In this document: positions 1 to 9,694 of the stretch, in pieces
Position numbering within the stretch: position 1 is the stretch's first letter
How the letters are laid out: each line of letters begins with the position of its first letter
Source of the DNA: Thermodesulfovibrio sp.
GTDB taxonomy: Bacteria > Nitrospirota > Thermodesulfovibrionia > UBA6902
Assembly: GCA_026982355.1 (NCBI GenBank)
Contig: JALSHG010000074.1
Location: forward strand, 1-56,422
Length of the DNA: 56,422 bases
Reading direction: 5' to 3'
The notes under the pieces: generated by a model
What the model was told of the DNA's origin: nothing
Seen by the model: only the letters and a program-made list of their open reading frames with translations
Database searches by the model: none
Program-made: the position numbers and the translations under genes

Positions 1-329
1 AGCAGCTTAAAGAATTCCCTGATGAACAATTTCCACAAAACAAGGGATCGGGACCGGCCTCCCTGATTTTCAGCCGCTGACGTCCATGTCGCCCCTGTCA
101 GGCGAAACCGACTCTGCGCCTCCTGATGACCTTGAGCGACAGGCCGAAGCACCGGGATGCCTGTTGACCGGCTTCTCCCTTGCTTTTGGAAACTATATTC
201 GATAAAATTATTGAAAAATTCTGTAACCGCGAAACCTGTATATTTTTGAACATTGCAGCAGACTTTCAAAAGCATGGGATATAAATCGCCCGGGATATCT
301 TGCCGGCCCGACGAATTTGTACAAATCAT

Positions 330-1835
330 ATGAATTCCGTCCCAAACGACAATAACTGCGTTGAAAAGACGGGAGATGCCCTCCGGACCGTCATAGTTGT
401 TGAAGACGACGAGGGGCTTAATCGTCTGATCCTGAAGACCCTCATAAGAGAAGGTTTTTCCGCCAGGGGAGTTCCCACAGGGGCCCGCGCTCTTAAACTC
501 GCTGCTGAAAATACGAGAGCCATCCTGCTGCTGGATTACCTTCTGCCTGATATGACCGCCGAGGACATCATACTGACACTCAACCGGAAGAATCTCAAGG
601 TGCCGTTCGTGATCATGACCGGACACGGTGATGAGAAGACCGCCGTTAAGCTGATGAAGCTCGGAGCCATGGACTACATAATCAAGGAAAAAGGTATACT
701 GGAACTGCTTCCAACAGTCCTCAGACGGGTATTAAATGAATTAAATACAGAACAAAAATTAATAGATGCCCGGAATGCATTGCGGAAAAGCGAGGCAAGC
801 CTTGCCGAAGCCCAGCGTATCGCCGGGATAGGGAATTATACGTGGGACACCCGAAAAGATGAATTATCATGGTCTCACGGCACATATCTTATTTTCGGAG
901 TCGACCCCGCGGAATTCAGGCCTGACTTCAAAAAATATGTGGATTTCATTCACCCCGAAGACCGGAGGCGTGTTACTGAAATTTTCAAAAAGGCTCTTGC
1001 CAGAAAGACAAAATACAATGTCGAGTATCGCATAGTCTTGCATGACGGCACAGAGCGCGTACTGCACGATGAGGGGCAAATCAGTTGCGATGAACGCAAC
1101 AAGCCGGCCTGCATGTTCGGGGTGATCAGGGACATCACGGAGCGCAAAAACCTCGAAAAGGCCATCTTTGAAATTGAAGAGAGGGAGCGCCGGCGTATCG
1201 GATACGAATTACACGACGGCCTCGGACAACTCCTTACAGGCATATCATTTAAAAACTGGGGGCTGGAGCGCAAACTGGAGAAAAGCTCTCTCGAGGAAGC
1301 CCGGGAGGCGGCCGAGATATCGATGCTTATAGCAGAGGCAAAAGAACAGGTCAGCCGCCTGTCAAAGGGGCTTTCACCCGTGGAAATGGACAAGGAAGGT
1401 CTCATGGCGGCACTTGAAACACTCGCGCTGAATAATGAGAAGATGTTCGGGATACCATGCGTTTTCAGATGCGACAAGCCCGTCTTTGTGCATAATAAAG
1501 CTGCAATCGTACAGCTCTACCGTATTGCCCAGGAGGCTGTAACCAATGCCGTGAAACACGGCAAGCCGGATTACATCGAAATCAGCCTTGCAAGAAAATA
1601 CAGCAAAATCACGATGTCGATAAAAGACAACGGCGTCGGCATCTCCGGAAATCCGGACGGCGCCAACGGAATGGGGCTTAAAATCATGCGTCACAGGGCC
1701 GGGATCATCAATGCATCTTTTGATGTACGGCAGAATGCCGGAAAAGGCACGGTGGTCACGTGTGTCTTCCCGGATAATTCCGGGAAAACCGGGACGCCGG
1801 AAGATTCCGCGTTCGCGAAGAAACAATCCACGTGA
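330..1835 (+). CDS. Hybrid sensor histidine kinase, REC-PAS-HisKA_3-HATPase (NarX/UhpB type)
   Basis: N-terminal receiver (VVEDD...LLDYLLPD...MTGHG...K), PAS/PAC (GNYTWD...YRIV..DG), HisKA_3 H-box ELHDGLGQLL, QEAVTNAVKH, DNGVG, GMGLKIM. Start placed at ATG 330 rather than TTG 300. Confidence 0.88.
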   Translation: MNSVPNDNNCVEKTGDALRTVIVVEDDEGLNRLILKTLIREGFSARGVPTGARALKLAAENTRAILLLDYLLPDMTAEDIILTLNRKNLKVPFVIMTGHGDEKTAVKLMKLGAMDYIIKEKGILELLPTVLRRVLNELNTEQKLIDARNALRKSEASLAEAQRIAGIGNYTWDTRKDELSWSHGTYLIFGVDPAEFRPDFKKYVDFIHPEDRRRVTEIFKKALARKTKYNVEYRIVLHDGTERVLHDEGQISCDERNKPACMFGVIRDITERKNLEKAIFEIEERERRRIGYELHDGLGQLLTGISFKNWGLERKLEKSSLEEAREAAEISMLIAEAKEQVSRLSKGLSPVEMDKEGLMAALETLALNNEKMFGIPCVFRCDKPVFVHNKAAIVQLYRIAQEAVTNAVKHGKPDYIEISLARKYSKITMSIKDNGVGISGNPDGANGMGLKIMRHRAGIINASFDVRQNAGKGTVVTCVFPDNSGKTGTPEDSAFAKKQST

Positions 1836-1901
1836 GGCGGGAGGTTCTTTCGCCGCCTGAAGGGTTTGCTTTTGCCGGCATATATCTAATAAAATCTACC
1901 T

Positions 1902-1930
1902 TAACCTTAATGCGCCATAAACGTGCAGAG
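1902..1930. repeat. Repeat family A, single end (TAACCTTAATGCGCCATAAACGTGCAG)
   Basis: Near-identical to ends at 9481 and 32951; directly abutted by a family B element. Confidence 0.7.
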
Positions 1931-2063
1931 GAGCCTCTTGCAAAAGTGTGAAAATGCCTGCATGTGTCATTTCGACCGGAGGGAGAAGTCTTTTGGTATC
2001 GACGGGGTATAAGACCTCTCCCTTCGCTGTAGGCGACAGACAGAGGACTTTTGCAAGGGCTTC
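1931..2063. mobile_element. Repeat family B MITE-like element, copy 1
   Basis: Terminal inverted repeats GAGCCTCTTGCAAAAGT / ACTTTTGCAAGGGCTTC around the core GTCATTTCGACCGGAGGGAGAA...AAGACCTCTC; homologous copies at 10286 and 56241. Confidence 0.75.
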
Positions 2064-2080
2064 CCTGTGTTGAAAATATC

Positions 2081-2752
2081 ATGAGCAGCCGGAAAAACAA
2101 AAAAACAAAATACAAAGTGCTTATCGTCGATGACCACCCGATTGTGCGCCAGGGGCTTACGCAGCTTATCAATCAGGAGACCGGCTTTGCGGTATGCGGT
2201 GACGCGGGCGATATTCCACAGGCATTGCAGGCCATTGAAAAGTACGGGCCCGACATTATAATCGTCGACATCTCCCTCGGACACAGCAGCGGGATAAGGC
2301 TGATCGAAGACATCTCGGACAATTATCCCGGCCTGGCGATTCTTGCGCTTTCCATGCATGACGAATCAATATACGCCGAACGATGCCTCAAGGCCGGAGC
2401 CAGGGGTTATATCATGAAACAGGAGCCCCCGGAAAAGGTTGCGGAGGCGATGAAGGAAATCATGAACGGCGGCATATTCATCAGCGAAAAGCTGGGGACA
2501 AGACTGCTCCATAAATTCGTCGCCAGGAAGAAGATAGAAGCTCCATCCTCCCCGGTCGAGCTTCTCAGCAACAGGGAACTGGAAGTGTTTCAGCTCGTTG
2601 GCAAGGGATTGAAGACGCGCAGGATCGCCGAAGAATTAAATCTCAGCGTCAAGACCGTTGAAACATACATAGACCATATCAAGAAGAAAATGAACTTTGA
2701 TGACTCCCGCAATCTGTTCCTGCACGCCGTGCAATGGACAATGAATACGTAA
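2081..2752 (+). CDS. NarL/FixJ-family DNA-binding response regulator
   Basis: VLIVDDHPIVRQGL receiver; C-terminal LSNRELEVFQLVGKG...LSVKTVETY LuxR-type HTH. ATG at 2081; the ORF-track start 2051 lies inside the repeat. Confidence 0.92.
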   Translation: MSSRKNKKTKYKVLIVDDHPIVRQGLTQLINQETGFAVCGDAGDIPQALQAIEKYGPDIIIVDISLGHSSGIRLIEDISDNYPGLAILALSMHDESIYAERCLKAGARGYIMKQEPPEKVAEAMKEIMNGGIFISEKLGTRLLHKFVARKKIEAPSSPVELLSNRELEVFQLVGKGLKTRRIAEELNLSVKTVETYIDHIKKKMNFDDSRNLFLHAVQWTMNT

Positions 2753-2768
2753 ACATCCTGTGAGCGTT

Positions 2769-2801
2769 CTCCCCTGCCGGCTTATGCAACATTAAGGTTT
2801 A
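2769..2801. repeat. Repeat family A end (CTGCCGGCTTATGCAACATTAAGGTTTA)
   Basis: Matches 55915-55941 and 53506-53533; contains the stop codon of the minus-strand kinase. Confidence 0.7.
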
Positions 2802-4840
2802 TCCAGCATCTCCCTTATCTTTCTTACAAGCTTTTCCGCCAGTAAAGGTTTTGACAGGAAATTTATCCCTTCTTCATAGCATCCCTTCCTGTTCAGTTCC
2901 TCGATGGAATAACCGCTCATGAAGAGCGCTTTGATACCGGGTTTCATACTTTTTATTTCCTCATATACCTCTTTGCCGTTCTTCGCCGGCATGACCACAT
3001 CAAGCAGGAGGAATTCAACATCGTCCTGCTTTTCCATGAATTTCCGGACGGCATCCTCTCCGTTTGCGGCCTCTATGACATTGTAACCGTTTTTCTCGAG
3101 TATGACCGCCGTAAGCCTCCTCAGGTCCTCATCGTCCTCCGCCACAAGCACTGTTTCCGAGCCGCGCCTGGGCATTGCCGGGGAGACCGTTTCTTTTTTC
3201 TCATTCGCCGGGCCGCTGAGGGGAATGTAGATTTTAAACGTTGTTCCCATGCCCGGTCCGGTGATAACATCTATATAGCCTTTGTGCTGCTTGACTATGC
3301 CGTATACCATGGAGAGCCCGAGACCTGTTCCCCTGCCGATTTCCTTGGTTGTAAAAAACGGATCGAATATTCTTTCTCTTACATGTTCGTCCATGCCTCT
3401 TCCTGTATCCGTAACGGTTATCATCGCAAACCTGCGGTGTTCTGCCCCGCCGGAGGACAACAGGAACTTTTTATCCGGCTCGGCCGAACTCGTGGCTACA
3501 GTCAGTGAGCCTCCCTCGGGCATGGCATCCCTTGCGTTTGTGGCGAGATTCATCAGGACCTGGTCTATCTGGCCGGCGTCGGTCATTATAATCAGATCCT
3601 CATCTGAAAGCTCGACCTTCAGCTCTATATCCTCCCCTAAAAACCTCTCCAGAATCCCCTTTGCGTTTCTGATGATGTCATTCAGGTTTTCCGGGCTGGG
3701 ATTGTAAACCTCTTTTCTGCTGAATGTAAGAAGACCCTGTATGAAGACCGCCGCTTTTCTGGCGGATGACAGCAAATGATCCAGATACCTGCTTGCCGGT
3801 TCTTCCCTGCCGACTCTCTTCTGCAACAGATGTGCATAGCCGAGTATCGTGCTGAGTGTATTGTTGAAGTCATGTGCTATACCCCCCGCAAGCGTTCCGA
3901 TCGCCTCCATTTTCTGTGAGTGTCTCAGTTGTTCTTCAAGCTGCTGCTTTTCCACCTCTCTTTTCTGCAATGACGCGGCCATATCATTAAAGGCTGTTGC
4001 AAGCCTGCCTATCTCATCCTTTGTCTCAACCGGTATACTTCTGAAAGACCCGGAGGTCTCTATCTCCTTGACTCCTTCAGTCAGCTTGCCGAGCGGCCTT
4101 GTTATCCCCCCGACTATAAAATATGCTATGACCCATCCGGGAATTATAAAGACAACCGGGATGAAAATACTTTTCAGGAGCAGGTCTTTCAGGCTGTTTC
4201 TCATGTGCTCGGTAGTGAATATGATCCTGACGAGGCCGATCAGATTATCCTTTCTGCCGGTTGAGTCTTTTTCAAAGAAAAGCGCCTCTTCTTCAGAGTA
4301 TCCTTCAGCGGAATATGTCTCCCCGGACATAACCGGGGACCAGAATTCTATCCAGTCGCGGCCCTCAAAATACAGCGGTGATCCGGATTTTACGAACATA
4401 TCGATTATTTCCTCCCCGGGAAAAAGCCGATCATCTTTGAAGTACAGCGGTCCGGCGGCGTCCGTTCCCGCCTTCTCAGCACTTTTCAGCGCCCTGAGTT
4501 CCCTCCCGTCGAGACTGAAGACCTCCACCATTATCACTCCCTTGCTCTGCATAATGGCTTCCACCGGGTCTCTGAGCAGGTCGTCGCTCTCTGCAAACAC
4601 GCCGAGCCGCGCACTCTGGGCAAGATGCTTTGAAAACTCTTTTCCCTCATATATGAGATTCTGCTTGAGCGTCTTGCTCTGGTAATAGATGAAAAAGGCC
4701 GTGAAGGCAATGTAAAAGGTCACAAGAAAGATTGTAAACAGATAGAATATCTTTGCACCGAAACTTTCACGGTTGTATTTAAGAAAGCTCAAGAATCTCA
4801 TATGGCTCCCGGCATGATCAGGTCTTGCAGGTTTTTTCAC
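2792..4840 (-). CDS. Membrane hybrid histidine kinase (TM-periplasmic-TM-HAMP-HisKA-HATPase-REC; CckA/NtrB-like core)
   Basis: Two hydrophobic segments, HAMP (ITRPL...DEIGRLATAFNDM), QKMEAIGTLAGGIAHDFNN, NLATNARDAM, DPFFTTK..GTGLGL, C-terminal receiver. Start is either GTG 4840 (GTGA overlap with upstream stop) or ATG 4801. Confidence 0.9.
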   Translation of the reverse strand: MKKPARPDHAGSHMRFLSFLKYNRESFGAKIFYLFTIFLVTFYIAFTAFFIYYQSKTLKQNLIYEGKEFSKHLAQSARLGVFAESDDLLRDPVEAIMQSKGVIMVEVFSLDGRELRALKSAEKAGTDAAGPLYFKDDRLFPGEEIIDMFVKSGSPLYFEGRDWIEFWSPVMSGETYSAEGYSEEEALFFEKDSTGRKDNLIGLVRIIFTTEHMRNSLKDLLLKSIFIPVVFIIPGWVIAYFIVGGITRPLGKLTEGVKEIETSGSFRSIPVETKDEIGRLATAFNDMAASLQKREVEKQQLEEQLRHSQKMEAIGTLAGGIAHDFNNTLSTILGYAHLLQKRVGREEPASRYLDHLLSSARKAAVFIQGLLTFSRKEVYNPSPENLNDIIRNAKGILERFLGEDIELKVELSDEDLIIMTDAGQIDQVLMNLATNARDAMPEGGSLTVATSSAEPDKKFLLSSGGAEHRRFAMITVTDTGRGMDEHVRERIFDPFFTTKEIGRGTGLGLSMVYGIVKQHKGYIDVITGPGMGTTFKIYIPLSGPANEKKETVSPAMPRRGSETVLVAEDDEDLRRLTAVILEKNGYNVIEAANGEDAVRKFMEKQDDVEFLLLDVVMPAKNGKEVYEEIKSMKPGIKALFMSGYSIEELNRKGCYEEGINFLSKPLLAEKLVRKIREMLDKP

Positions 4841-5826
4841 CTTTTAACCGGCCCCGCTCTCTTGAGAAATTCGCCGGCCACGGTTACTCCCAGCTTCCTG
4901 GCCGTCTTGCGGTTTACCGTCACAACCGCCCTTCTCGCATCGGCTTCTTTAATTTTCCTTACATCCATTCCCGACAGAATCTTTTCAGTTATTTCCCACG
5001 CCTGCATGCCTATGTCGGCGGCATCTATGTCGAACGAGATCAATGCACCCATTTCAAGGTATTTATCGGAAAACGTAATCACGGGTATCCTGTTCTCGAA
5101 AGAAAAAAGGAACAGGAGCTCGACAGTCTCAGAGGTAACAACGGTAATGTCGGGCAGCATCCAGAAGGCGTCTATCTTTCCCTTGAGAGACTGCAACAGC
5201 CCGGGGACGTCCTTCGGGTTTTGAATCTCTCCTGCAATTAATACGATACCTGCTTTTTCAGCGGCGGCACGGAGCCTCTTTACAAAATCTCCCGTCCTTG
5301 CCGGGTTATATAAGAGACCTATCGTGCTGATATCCGGTATGGCCATCTTTAAAAGGGACAACTGTTTCTCCGGATTAATGTACAGGCTGACACCTGTAAT
5401 ATTATCACCGGGGGCAGCAACCGGGGAATTGAGAATCATGAAGTAAACGATCGGCGCGTTTTTGATGCTCTTGATCCTGTTAAGCGCATCTATCCCTATT
5501 GCAAGAATAACCGCGGGGTCTGTTTTACGGACCGCCTTCAGGATATCCTCTCCTTCCGGTTCAGAGACGAAAAATTGTTTGACATTGCAATTGCACGCCT
5601 CCTTAAATCCATGCAGCGCATCATTGTACGGCTTAATATTAATGCTCTGCACGGCAACAATATCGGCGGCAACAACTATATCGCGGCAGAATAAAACGGA
5701 CAGCATAATGAACACGCTGCATGCAAATCCCCTTATTCCCCGTCTCTCAAGGACCGTCCGCCGGGCACCCCCGCGGCATCGGTCCGCACCTGCCTTGCTT
5801 TTGAAAGAAACTGTAGCCCGAATCAT
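4837..5826 (-). CDS. ABC-type periplasmic substrate-binding protein (ABC_sub_bind-like), no permease nearby
   Basis: Signal-like hydrophobic stretch, then NITGVSLYI.PEKQL, TIGLLYNP, DAFWMLPD, GALISFDID..DIG.QA motifs typical of this family. True start may lie downstream of 5826. Confidence 0.8.
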   Translation of the reverse strand: MIRATVSFKSKAGADRCRGGARRTVLERRGIRGFACSVFIMLSVLFCRDIVVAADIVAVQSINIKPYNDALHGFKEACNCNVKQFFVSEPEGEDILKAVRKTDPAVILAIGIDALNRIKSIKNAPIVYFMILNSPVAAPGDNITGVSLYINPEKQLSLLKMAIPDISTIGLLYNPARTGDFVKRLRAAAEKAGIVLIAGEIQNPKDVPGLLQSLKGKIDAFWMLPDITVVTSETVELLFLFSFENRIPVITFSDKYLEMGALISFDIDAADIGMQAWEITEKILSGMDVRKIKEADARRAVVTVNRKTARKLGVTVAGEFLKRAGPVKR

Positions 5827-5880
5827 TGTAAAATGTTAACATCAACCGGGATTTATTTTCCCGATTTTTTTATTATATAT

Positions 5881-5980
5881 TAAACTTTCAATGTTGCATA
5901 AGCCGGCAGGAGAGACAGGCGTAAAATTTTCGCCGGACCCTCCGCCCTCGGGCGGAGCCTTTATGCCGCTGGAAGGTAAA
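5881..5980. mobile_element. Repeat family A full-length MITE-like copy in the divergent promoter region
   Basis: TAAACTTTCAATGTTGCATAAGCCGGCAG ... TTTATGCCGCTGGAAGGTAA, with internal similarity to the 32951 copy (GGCGTAAAA...CCGGA). Confidence 0.65.
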
Positions 5981-6051
5981 CTTAAGCCGGATTACATGTA
6001 TAATAAGGGAGCCGTCCGCTGAAAACCGGAGTATTGATATTTGGATATGCC

Positions 6052-7953
6052 ATGAAAGCAATGGTACCGGGCTTTTTTTTAATATCTTTAATATTTGTGC
6101 TTTCCGCCGCATCCGCCTTTGCCCAGTCCGAGGAAGAGATGAGGATTCTCCGGATGTTCTATAAGGAGGATGAACTTGTCGTTACACCGACAAGGACTCC
6201 GAAACCCGTCTCACAGGTTGCAGAGAATATCACCGTCATCACTGCAAGGGAGATGGAAGAAATGAATGCCCACACGCTTGCCGAGGTGCTGGAAAGGGCG
6301 ACGGGCCTGTTCGTTGAGTTCTTCGGGCATGATTTCGGCAGCGACGCCAATATATACATCCAGGGTTCCGACGAAAACCACGTCCTGCTGCTTATAGACG
6401 GGGTGCCCTGGAATCTGATGAACAACGGAAAACCCCTGGTGAATTCGATTCCTGTGAAAATAATCCGGCATATCGAAATTATCAAAGGTCCGGCATCATC
6501 ATCGTGGGGCTCATCCCTCGGAGGCGTGATAAATGTCGTTACAAAGGATGCGGGAAACAGGAGCAGGCCCGGCGGCACGGTCGGCGCCTCATACGGCGAA
6601 AGAAACACGCAGGATTACAGCGTTGAAGTCTCGGGCAAGGCAGGAAATGTCGGCTATTACCTGCAGGCAGGCAGGCAGTATTCCAGCGGCCTGAGAAACG
6701 GGCGCTATTTCAAAAGCGACAGTTTATACTCAAAGTTCAGCATTTCCGTCGCGCCGCGCACACATTTCGTGTTGACCGCCGGGTACAACGAGCCTCATAT
6801 AAATTATGGCGACATGCCGGCTGTCGATCTGACATCCGCTGCTTTAAGCCGCACCTTTTTTGCAACGGCGTCCATTTCCGCAGAGCTTGCGGAATTCCTC
6901 AGTCTCGAGGCATCCGTCCACACTCTAAAACAGAAATTCGTGCAGAACAACAATGAACTCGCTACAGGTGATCTGTACATGGATGCCGTCTATGACGAAG
7001 AAACCACAGGGGCCAGCGGCAAGCTCATCTGGAGAGACAAAGTGCATACAGCGGTTGTGGGCGCTGACATCAGCGATGGGCATCTCGACCAGACGATCAC
7101 GGCCGGACGTTTTCTGCAGTCATTCGGAGCGCCGGAGAGTTCCGAAACAACCCCGGCAATGGAAAAGTGGGCGATCTTCGCCAATGATACGATAACTATC
7201 GGCAGATTCTCCATAACGCCGGGCATCAGGTTCGATCACAACAATATCAGCGGAGACTTTACAAGCCCGAGCCTCGGGGCCACATACAGACTCGGCGAAC
7301 AGACCATCCTCCGGGCATCCGTGGCAAGGGGATTTACCATACCGCTCCTGATATACACATCCGGCGCGCTGTATATTGACCCCAACCCGGACCTGAAGCC
7401 GGAAAAGGTATGGTCCTACCAGGCAGGCGTGGAATCATGGGTGTCGGACTATTTCCGCGTCAAGGCCGCCGTCTTCCATCACAACATGAATGACGCCCTC
7501 GTGGATGCTGCGCCTCCTACTGAAAACGCGTTATACGTCAACGAGGGCAATATAAAACGTGACGGGATCGAACTCGATATAAAGACAGCGCCGTTTAATG
7601 CTGTCTCGCTTAAAACCGGATTTGCATATGTTCATAAAAGGCTTTATCTCGGGGAAACGACATCCGAAGACAACTATGCCTGCAATCTGGCCGTCAGGTA
7701 TGACGACAACAGGTCATTATCAGCCCGGCTTGCCGGCAGCTATATATGGTGGGACCGTGCAAAAGAGGATAACGCAAAATACAACACGGTTATATGGGAT
7801 TTAAACATCAACAAAACAATTTACTCCACCGGGGGCACGAACAGCGAATTTTTCCTGACCGTCCATAATATCTTCAACGGCTCCCATTACACCTTCGACC
7901 AGCGCAAAAATCCGCGCAGATGGATGGAGGCAGGACTGAGATTAAGTTTTTGA
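6052..7953 (+). CDS. TonB-dependent outer-membrane receptor
   Basis: Signal peptide (SAFAQ), plug motifs VVTPTRT...ENITVIT, VLLLIDGVP, IEIIKGPASSSWG..LGGVINVVTK, NPDLKPEK, C-terminal LRLSF. Confidence 0.93.
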   Translation: MKAMVPGFFLISLIFVLSAASAFAQSEEEMRILRMFYKEDELVVTPTRTPKPVSQVAENITVITAREMEEMNAHTLAEVLERATGLFVEFFGHDFGSDANIYIQGSDENHVLLLIDGVPWNLMNNGKPLVNSIPVKIIRHIEIIKGPASSSWGSSLGGVINVVTKDAGNRSRPGGTVGASYGERNTQDYSVEVSGKAGNVGYYLQAGRQYSSGLRNGRYFKSDSLYSKFSISVAPRTHFVLTAGYNEPHINYGDMPAVDLTSAALSRTFFATASISAELAEFLSLEASVHTLKQKFVQNNNELATGDLYMDAVYDEETTGASGKLIWRDKVHTAVVGADISDGHLDQTITAGRFLQSFGAPESSETTPAMEKWAIFANDTITIGRFSITPGIRFDHNNISGDFTSPSLGATYRLGEQTILRASVARGFTIPLLIYTSGALYIDPNPDLKPEKVWSYQAGVESWVSDYFRVKAAVFHHNMNDALVDAAPPTENALYVNEGNIKRDGIELDIKTAPFNAVSLKTGFAYVHKRLYLGETTSEDNYACNLAVRYDDNRSLSARLAGSYIWWDRAKEDNAKYNTVIWDLNINKTIYSTGGTNSEFFLTVHNIFNGSHYTFDQRKNPRRWMEAGLRLSF

Positions 7954-8027
7954 GAAAATCCGCCGTATATACAGGGATGTAACCCTGCTGTACGCAGGGG
8001 TAACCCATATGGTAAAAGGAGGGCAGG

Positions 8028-8129
8028 ATGGAAAGGGAAGAAATCGTAGTACTGGACAGTGGTCTCGATACGGAGGACATGGAAAGTCTCGGTCCATGCT
8101 GTAAAGGGGCATCTGCACCATTGCGATAG
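8028..8129 (+). CDS. Geopeptide-like RiPP precursor, 33 aa: MEREEIVVLDSGLDTEDMESLGPCCKGASAPLR
   Basis: Hand-translated; strong RBS AAGGAGG at 8016-8022; acidic leader (IVVLDxG) and Cys-Cys core resemble the geopeptide family; lies directly before a radical SAM/SPASM gene. Below the ORF-track cutoff. Confidence 0.85.
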   Translation: MEREEIVVLDSGLDTEDMESLGPCCKGASAPLR

Positions 8130-8137
8130 CAACGGAA

Positions 8138-8164
8138 AGAAGGGGGGGCGGCGCTCCCCCCTTC
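8138..8164 (+). other. GC-rich hairpin between precursor and maturase
   Basis: GAAGGGGGG-GCGGCGCT-CCCCCCTTC inverted repeat with no U-tract; likely mRNA stabiliser or attenuator. Confidence 0.55.
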
Positions 8165-8181
8165 CTGAAAAGCGCTCCACA

Positions 8182-9483
8182 ATGAAACTCTCCCGTTACA
8201 TAAAGATATTTCCCTTTGAAAAAAAGCCGGGATACGTGCTCCTTTACTCTACCGGAAAAGCATCCGCGGCCCTTGTGAAAGAAGAGACGCGCGATTCCAT
8301 CGGGAAAGGCACGCTGTCCCCGGAAAACAAGGCAACGCTGTTGAAGCTCGGCATGATCGTACCGGACGGTGAAACGGAAAAGAGGGAGGCCGCCGGCTTC
8401 ATGGACAGGATCAACAGCAAAAATTCCGGGCTGAACATATCCGTGATCCTCAACCTCGATTGTAATTTCGACTGCATATACTGCTATGAAGACGGCATGA
8501 AGGGCAGACTCTACATGAGTGATGAGACGGCCGGCCTTCTGACGGCTTTCATCAAAAAGAAATTCAGGCCGGGGAAGAGGTCGCTGAACATAGATTTTTA
8601 CGGCGGGGAGCCGCTGCTGAGCACGGGCCTGATCAAATCCGTTTCCGCAGAGATGAAGTCTTTTGCACAAAGCCGGGGCGCCTCCTATACATTCACACTT
8701 GTTACAAACGGCTCCCTCTTTAAGAGAAAAATTGCGGAGGACCTGGTTTCGATGGGACTGAAAGGCGTTAAGATCACCATAGACGGGCCTCCGGAGATTC
8801 ATAACGCCTGCCGTCCTTTCAAATCAGGCGCCGGCAGCTTTGACACGATTATAAAAAACATAAATGAAACGTGTGACATCGTCAATGTTGCCGTAGGCGG
8901 CAATTACCGGGAGAGCAATTTTGAAAAATTTCCCCTGCTCATGGATCATCTGGAACGCGAAGGGCTTACACCGGAGAGGATATACGAGTTGAAATTCGAT
9001 CCTGTGATGAAACGCGCCGGCGGCGACAGGCCCGCGGCCGATTACACGGACGGTATCATGACCGTAAACGAGCCGTGGGTGATACGGGCGGGGACAGCCC
9101 TGAGAGAGCAGATATTGAAAAGGGGATACATGACCCCGAAGATCACTCCCAGCCCCTGCCAGGTGGAGATAACGGACTCTTTTGTCGTAAACTTCGACGG
9201 CGTTATATACAAGTGCCCTGTGTTCATCGGCAGGGACGGCTTCAGCATAGGAGACCTGAAGAATGGCGTGAGGGATTACTCCGCTGCATATAACCTCGGC
9301 ATCTGGAAAAATGAAAAGTGTGTGGAATGCGAATATCTTCCCCTTTGTTTCGGAGGCTGCAGGTACATGTCCTATGTGCGGGACGGCGGTATGGATAATG
9401 TTGACTGCAAGAGAGCATACCTTGATGCCGCGCTCGAGTATCTTGTCAAGCAGGACATACAGTATGCACGGAAAACAATATAA
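8182..9483 (+). CDS. Radical SAM/SPASM peptide maturase (geopeptide maturase-like)
   Basis: CNFDCIYC (CxxxCxxC), FYGGEPLL, VTNG, ITIDG; SPASM cysteines C...YKCP...CVECEYLPLCFGGCR...C. Start MKLSRY at ATG 8182; the ORF-track start 8059 overlaps the precursor. Confidence 0.92.
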   Translation: MKLSRYIKIFPFEKKPGYVLLYSTGKASAALVKEETRDSIGKGTLSPENKATLLKLGMIVPDGETEKREAAGFMDRINSKNSGLNISVILNLDCNFDCIYCYEDGMKGRLYMSDETAGLLTAFIKKKFRPGKRSLNIDFYGGEPLLSTGLIKSVSAEMKSFAQSRGASYTFTLVTNGSLFKRKIAEDLVSMGLKGVKITIDGPPEIHNACRPFKSGAGSFDTIIKNINETCDIVNVAVGGNYRESNFEKFPLLMDHLEREGLTPERIYELKFDPVMKRAGGDRPAADYTDGIMTVNEPWVIRAGTALREQILKRGYMTPKITPSPCQVEITDSFVVNFDGVIYKCPVFIGRDGFSIGDLKNGVRDYSAAYNLGIWKNEKCVECEYLPLCFGGCRYMSYVRDGGMDNVDCKRAYLDAALEYLVKQDIQYARKTI

Positions 9484-9552
9484 AGGTTAATGCGGCATAA
9501 ACGTGCAGACTCCTCTGTCCCGCCAGCGGTGTTTTTATGCACCTGCAAGTTA
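9481..9552. mobile_element. Repeat family A copy
   Basis: TAAAGGTTAATGCGGCATAAACGTGCAG ... GTTTTTATGCACCTGCAAGTTA; begins at the rSAM stop codon. Confidence 0.65.
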
Positions 9553-9694
9553 AATAATTCCGTTCTCCCGGACTCCCCCGGGCATTTCCATGCAACCGCG
9601 TAACGCCGTCCGGCATTGGGGCATCAAGCTTGATTTAATTAATAAAATTTTTTAATAATAAGTATTATTTACATAAAGGAACAGACTCCGGGAC

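Noticed and set aside
1-299. Partial gene at the window start (likewise 56343-56422 at the end)
   Set aside because: Too short to fix a frame or product.
8028-8129. Selenocysteine read-through in the precursor
   Set aside because: The stop is TAG and there is no in-frame TGA.
8059-8181. N-terminal extension of the radical SAM ORF
   Set aside because: It overlaps the precursor ORF and hairpin; ATG 8182 gives a more plausible start.
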